A DNA stretch of 64,000 bases. It comes from a virus (lineage: Duplodnaviria; Caudoviricetes). Location: positions 50,916-114,915 of the IMG/VR virus record IMGVR_UViG_3300031998_000028; one strand, written 5' to 3'. The notes under the pieces were generated by a model. The model ran no database searches. It was not told the origin of the DNA and saw only the letters and a list, made by a program, of their open reading frames with translations. A program made the translations under genes and the position numbers. Shown here piece by piece: positions 63,131 to 64,000 of this stretch (positions within the stretch are counted from its first letter, which is position 1; the number at the start of each line of letters is the position of its first letter).

Positions 63131-63916
63131 ATGGATGAAAATTTCGGTTCTTTTAAAAGTTTAGAGAATGTGCATTTAAAAGCTACTTATAATATGAAAG
63201 TTAATGGAAAAACGTTTGAACCTGGTGAAACAATCGCACTTTTTGATAAGATTTAGATTAGTGGTTTGCACGAATTTAAAGATTATATCACTGCAAATGG
63301 CGGCTTTGATAATCGGGCGCACGTTTTTTGGTAGAATACACGTTAGTTACAATTAACTTTTAGTTAGGGTGTTTTTTCTTCTTTTCAATTTGGCTTATTG
63401 AATAATGCGAGAGTTATACAAGTCGCAGAAGAAGAGCCAGTATTATTAACACAAGTGGATAAACTTGAAAGTGATAAAAATGGAGTAATTGATGTAAGTA
63501 AAGAGCCAATTGAATCTATTTTTGTATATGATAAAGATACTGGAGAAAAACTTAATTTTTCTAAAGTTGGAGATAAATTGGTAATTGCGACACCGTATAA
63601 AGATGTAATTGTATTTTATAAATATAATTATATGGGCGGCGCGCAAATAGCTAAAATTGGTCAACAGTTTTTAACTGGTTTTTTAGAATTAGAAGGAAAA
63701 ACGAGAGTAAAGGACGATACGTCTGGACTAGTTACTACGGGAATTATACGTATCCCGAAACTAAAATTAATGTCTGGCTTATCTATAAAATTAGGCACGT
63801 AGGCAAATCCTGTAGTTGGTAATTTTTCTGCAGTAGGCGTGCCAGTAGAATCACGACATAGCAGTTATGTTATGGAATTTGATTTCTTAAATAATGATGT
63901 AGATAGTGATATGTAA
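63131..63916 (+). CDS. tail-tube-like paralog (TAG=Gln)
   Basis: ANGGFDN..., IPKLK...G...NP motifs parallel the preceding gene. Confidence 0.55.
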
Positions 63917-64000
63917 ATTCCATTTACTTTTGGTCAGCATTAGTTTTAGCTAATGCTGATTTTTTATTTGTGAGGTGGAACAATGGCAGGTTAGACTTAT

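Noticed and set aside
48487-63916. Fragmented structural genes as pseudogenes of a decaying prophage
   Set aside because: All interruptions are in-frame TAG with no frameshifts, and the genes abut cleanly when TAG is read as Gln.

Overview
This is a 64 kb segment of a large dsDNA tailed phage. The host is probably a gut or rumen Firmicute (Clostridia), inferred from SigA-type promoters, Gram-positive RBSs and a CHAP/LysM endolysin. The phage reads TAG as Gln (code 15): in-frame TAG sits at conserved Gln positions in the GT2, Vsr-like and GIY-YIG nucleases, CHAP domain and terminase, and a tRNA with a CUA anticodon is encoded at 21966-22040. The supplied code-11 ORF track therefore fragments many genes. 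Layout: (1) 0.1-16 kb holds DNA metabolism, lysis and nucleobase-salvage genes. (2) 16.3-31.5 kb is an RNA island with 36 tRNAs covering all 20 amino acids, one of them split by a group I intron carrying a recoded HNH. It also contains several unidentified structured RNAs, a family of compact pseudoknots in the tRNA spacers, an ArfA-like gene, and a DUF2828/vWA (Ro60-like architecture) gene. That gene is preceded by a family of small RNAs with a covarying 7-bp terminal stem plus a CAGC(A/T)A motif and tRNA-mimic cargo; this is the best candidate for an undescribed system. (3) 31.7-38 kb holds small accessory genes. (4) 38.2-48.4 kb is a GC-richer, TAG-free array of single-gene early cassettes with repeated operator-like motifs and five dif/Xer-like sites. 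(5) 48.5-64 kb is the recoded terminase-portal-capsid-tail module. All calls come from manual reading; no database searches or folding programs were run.
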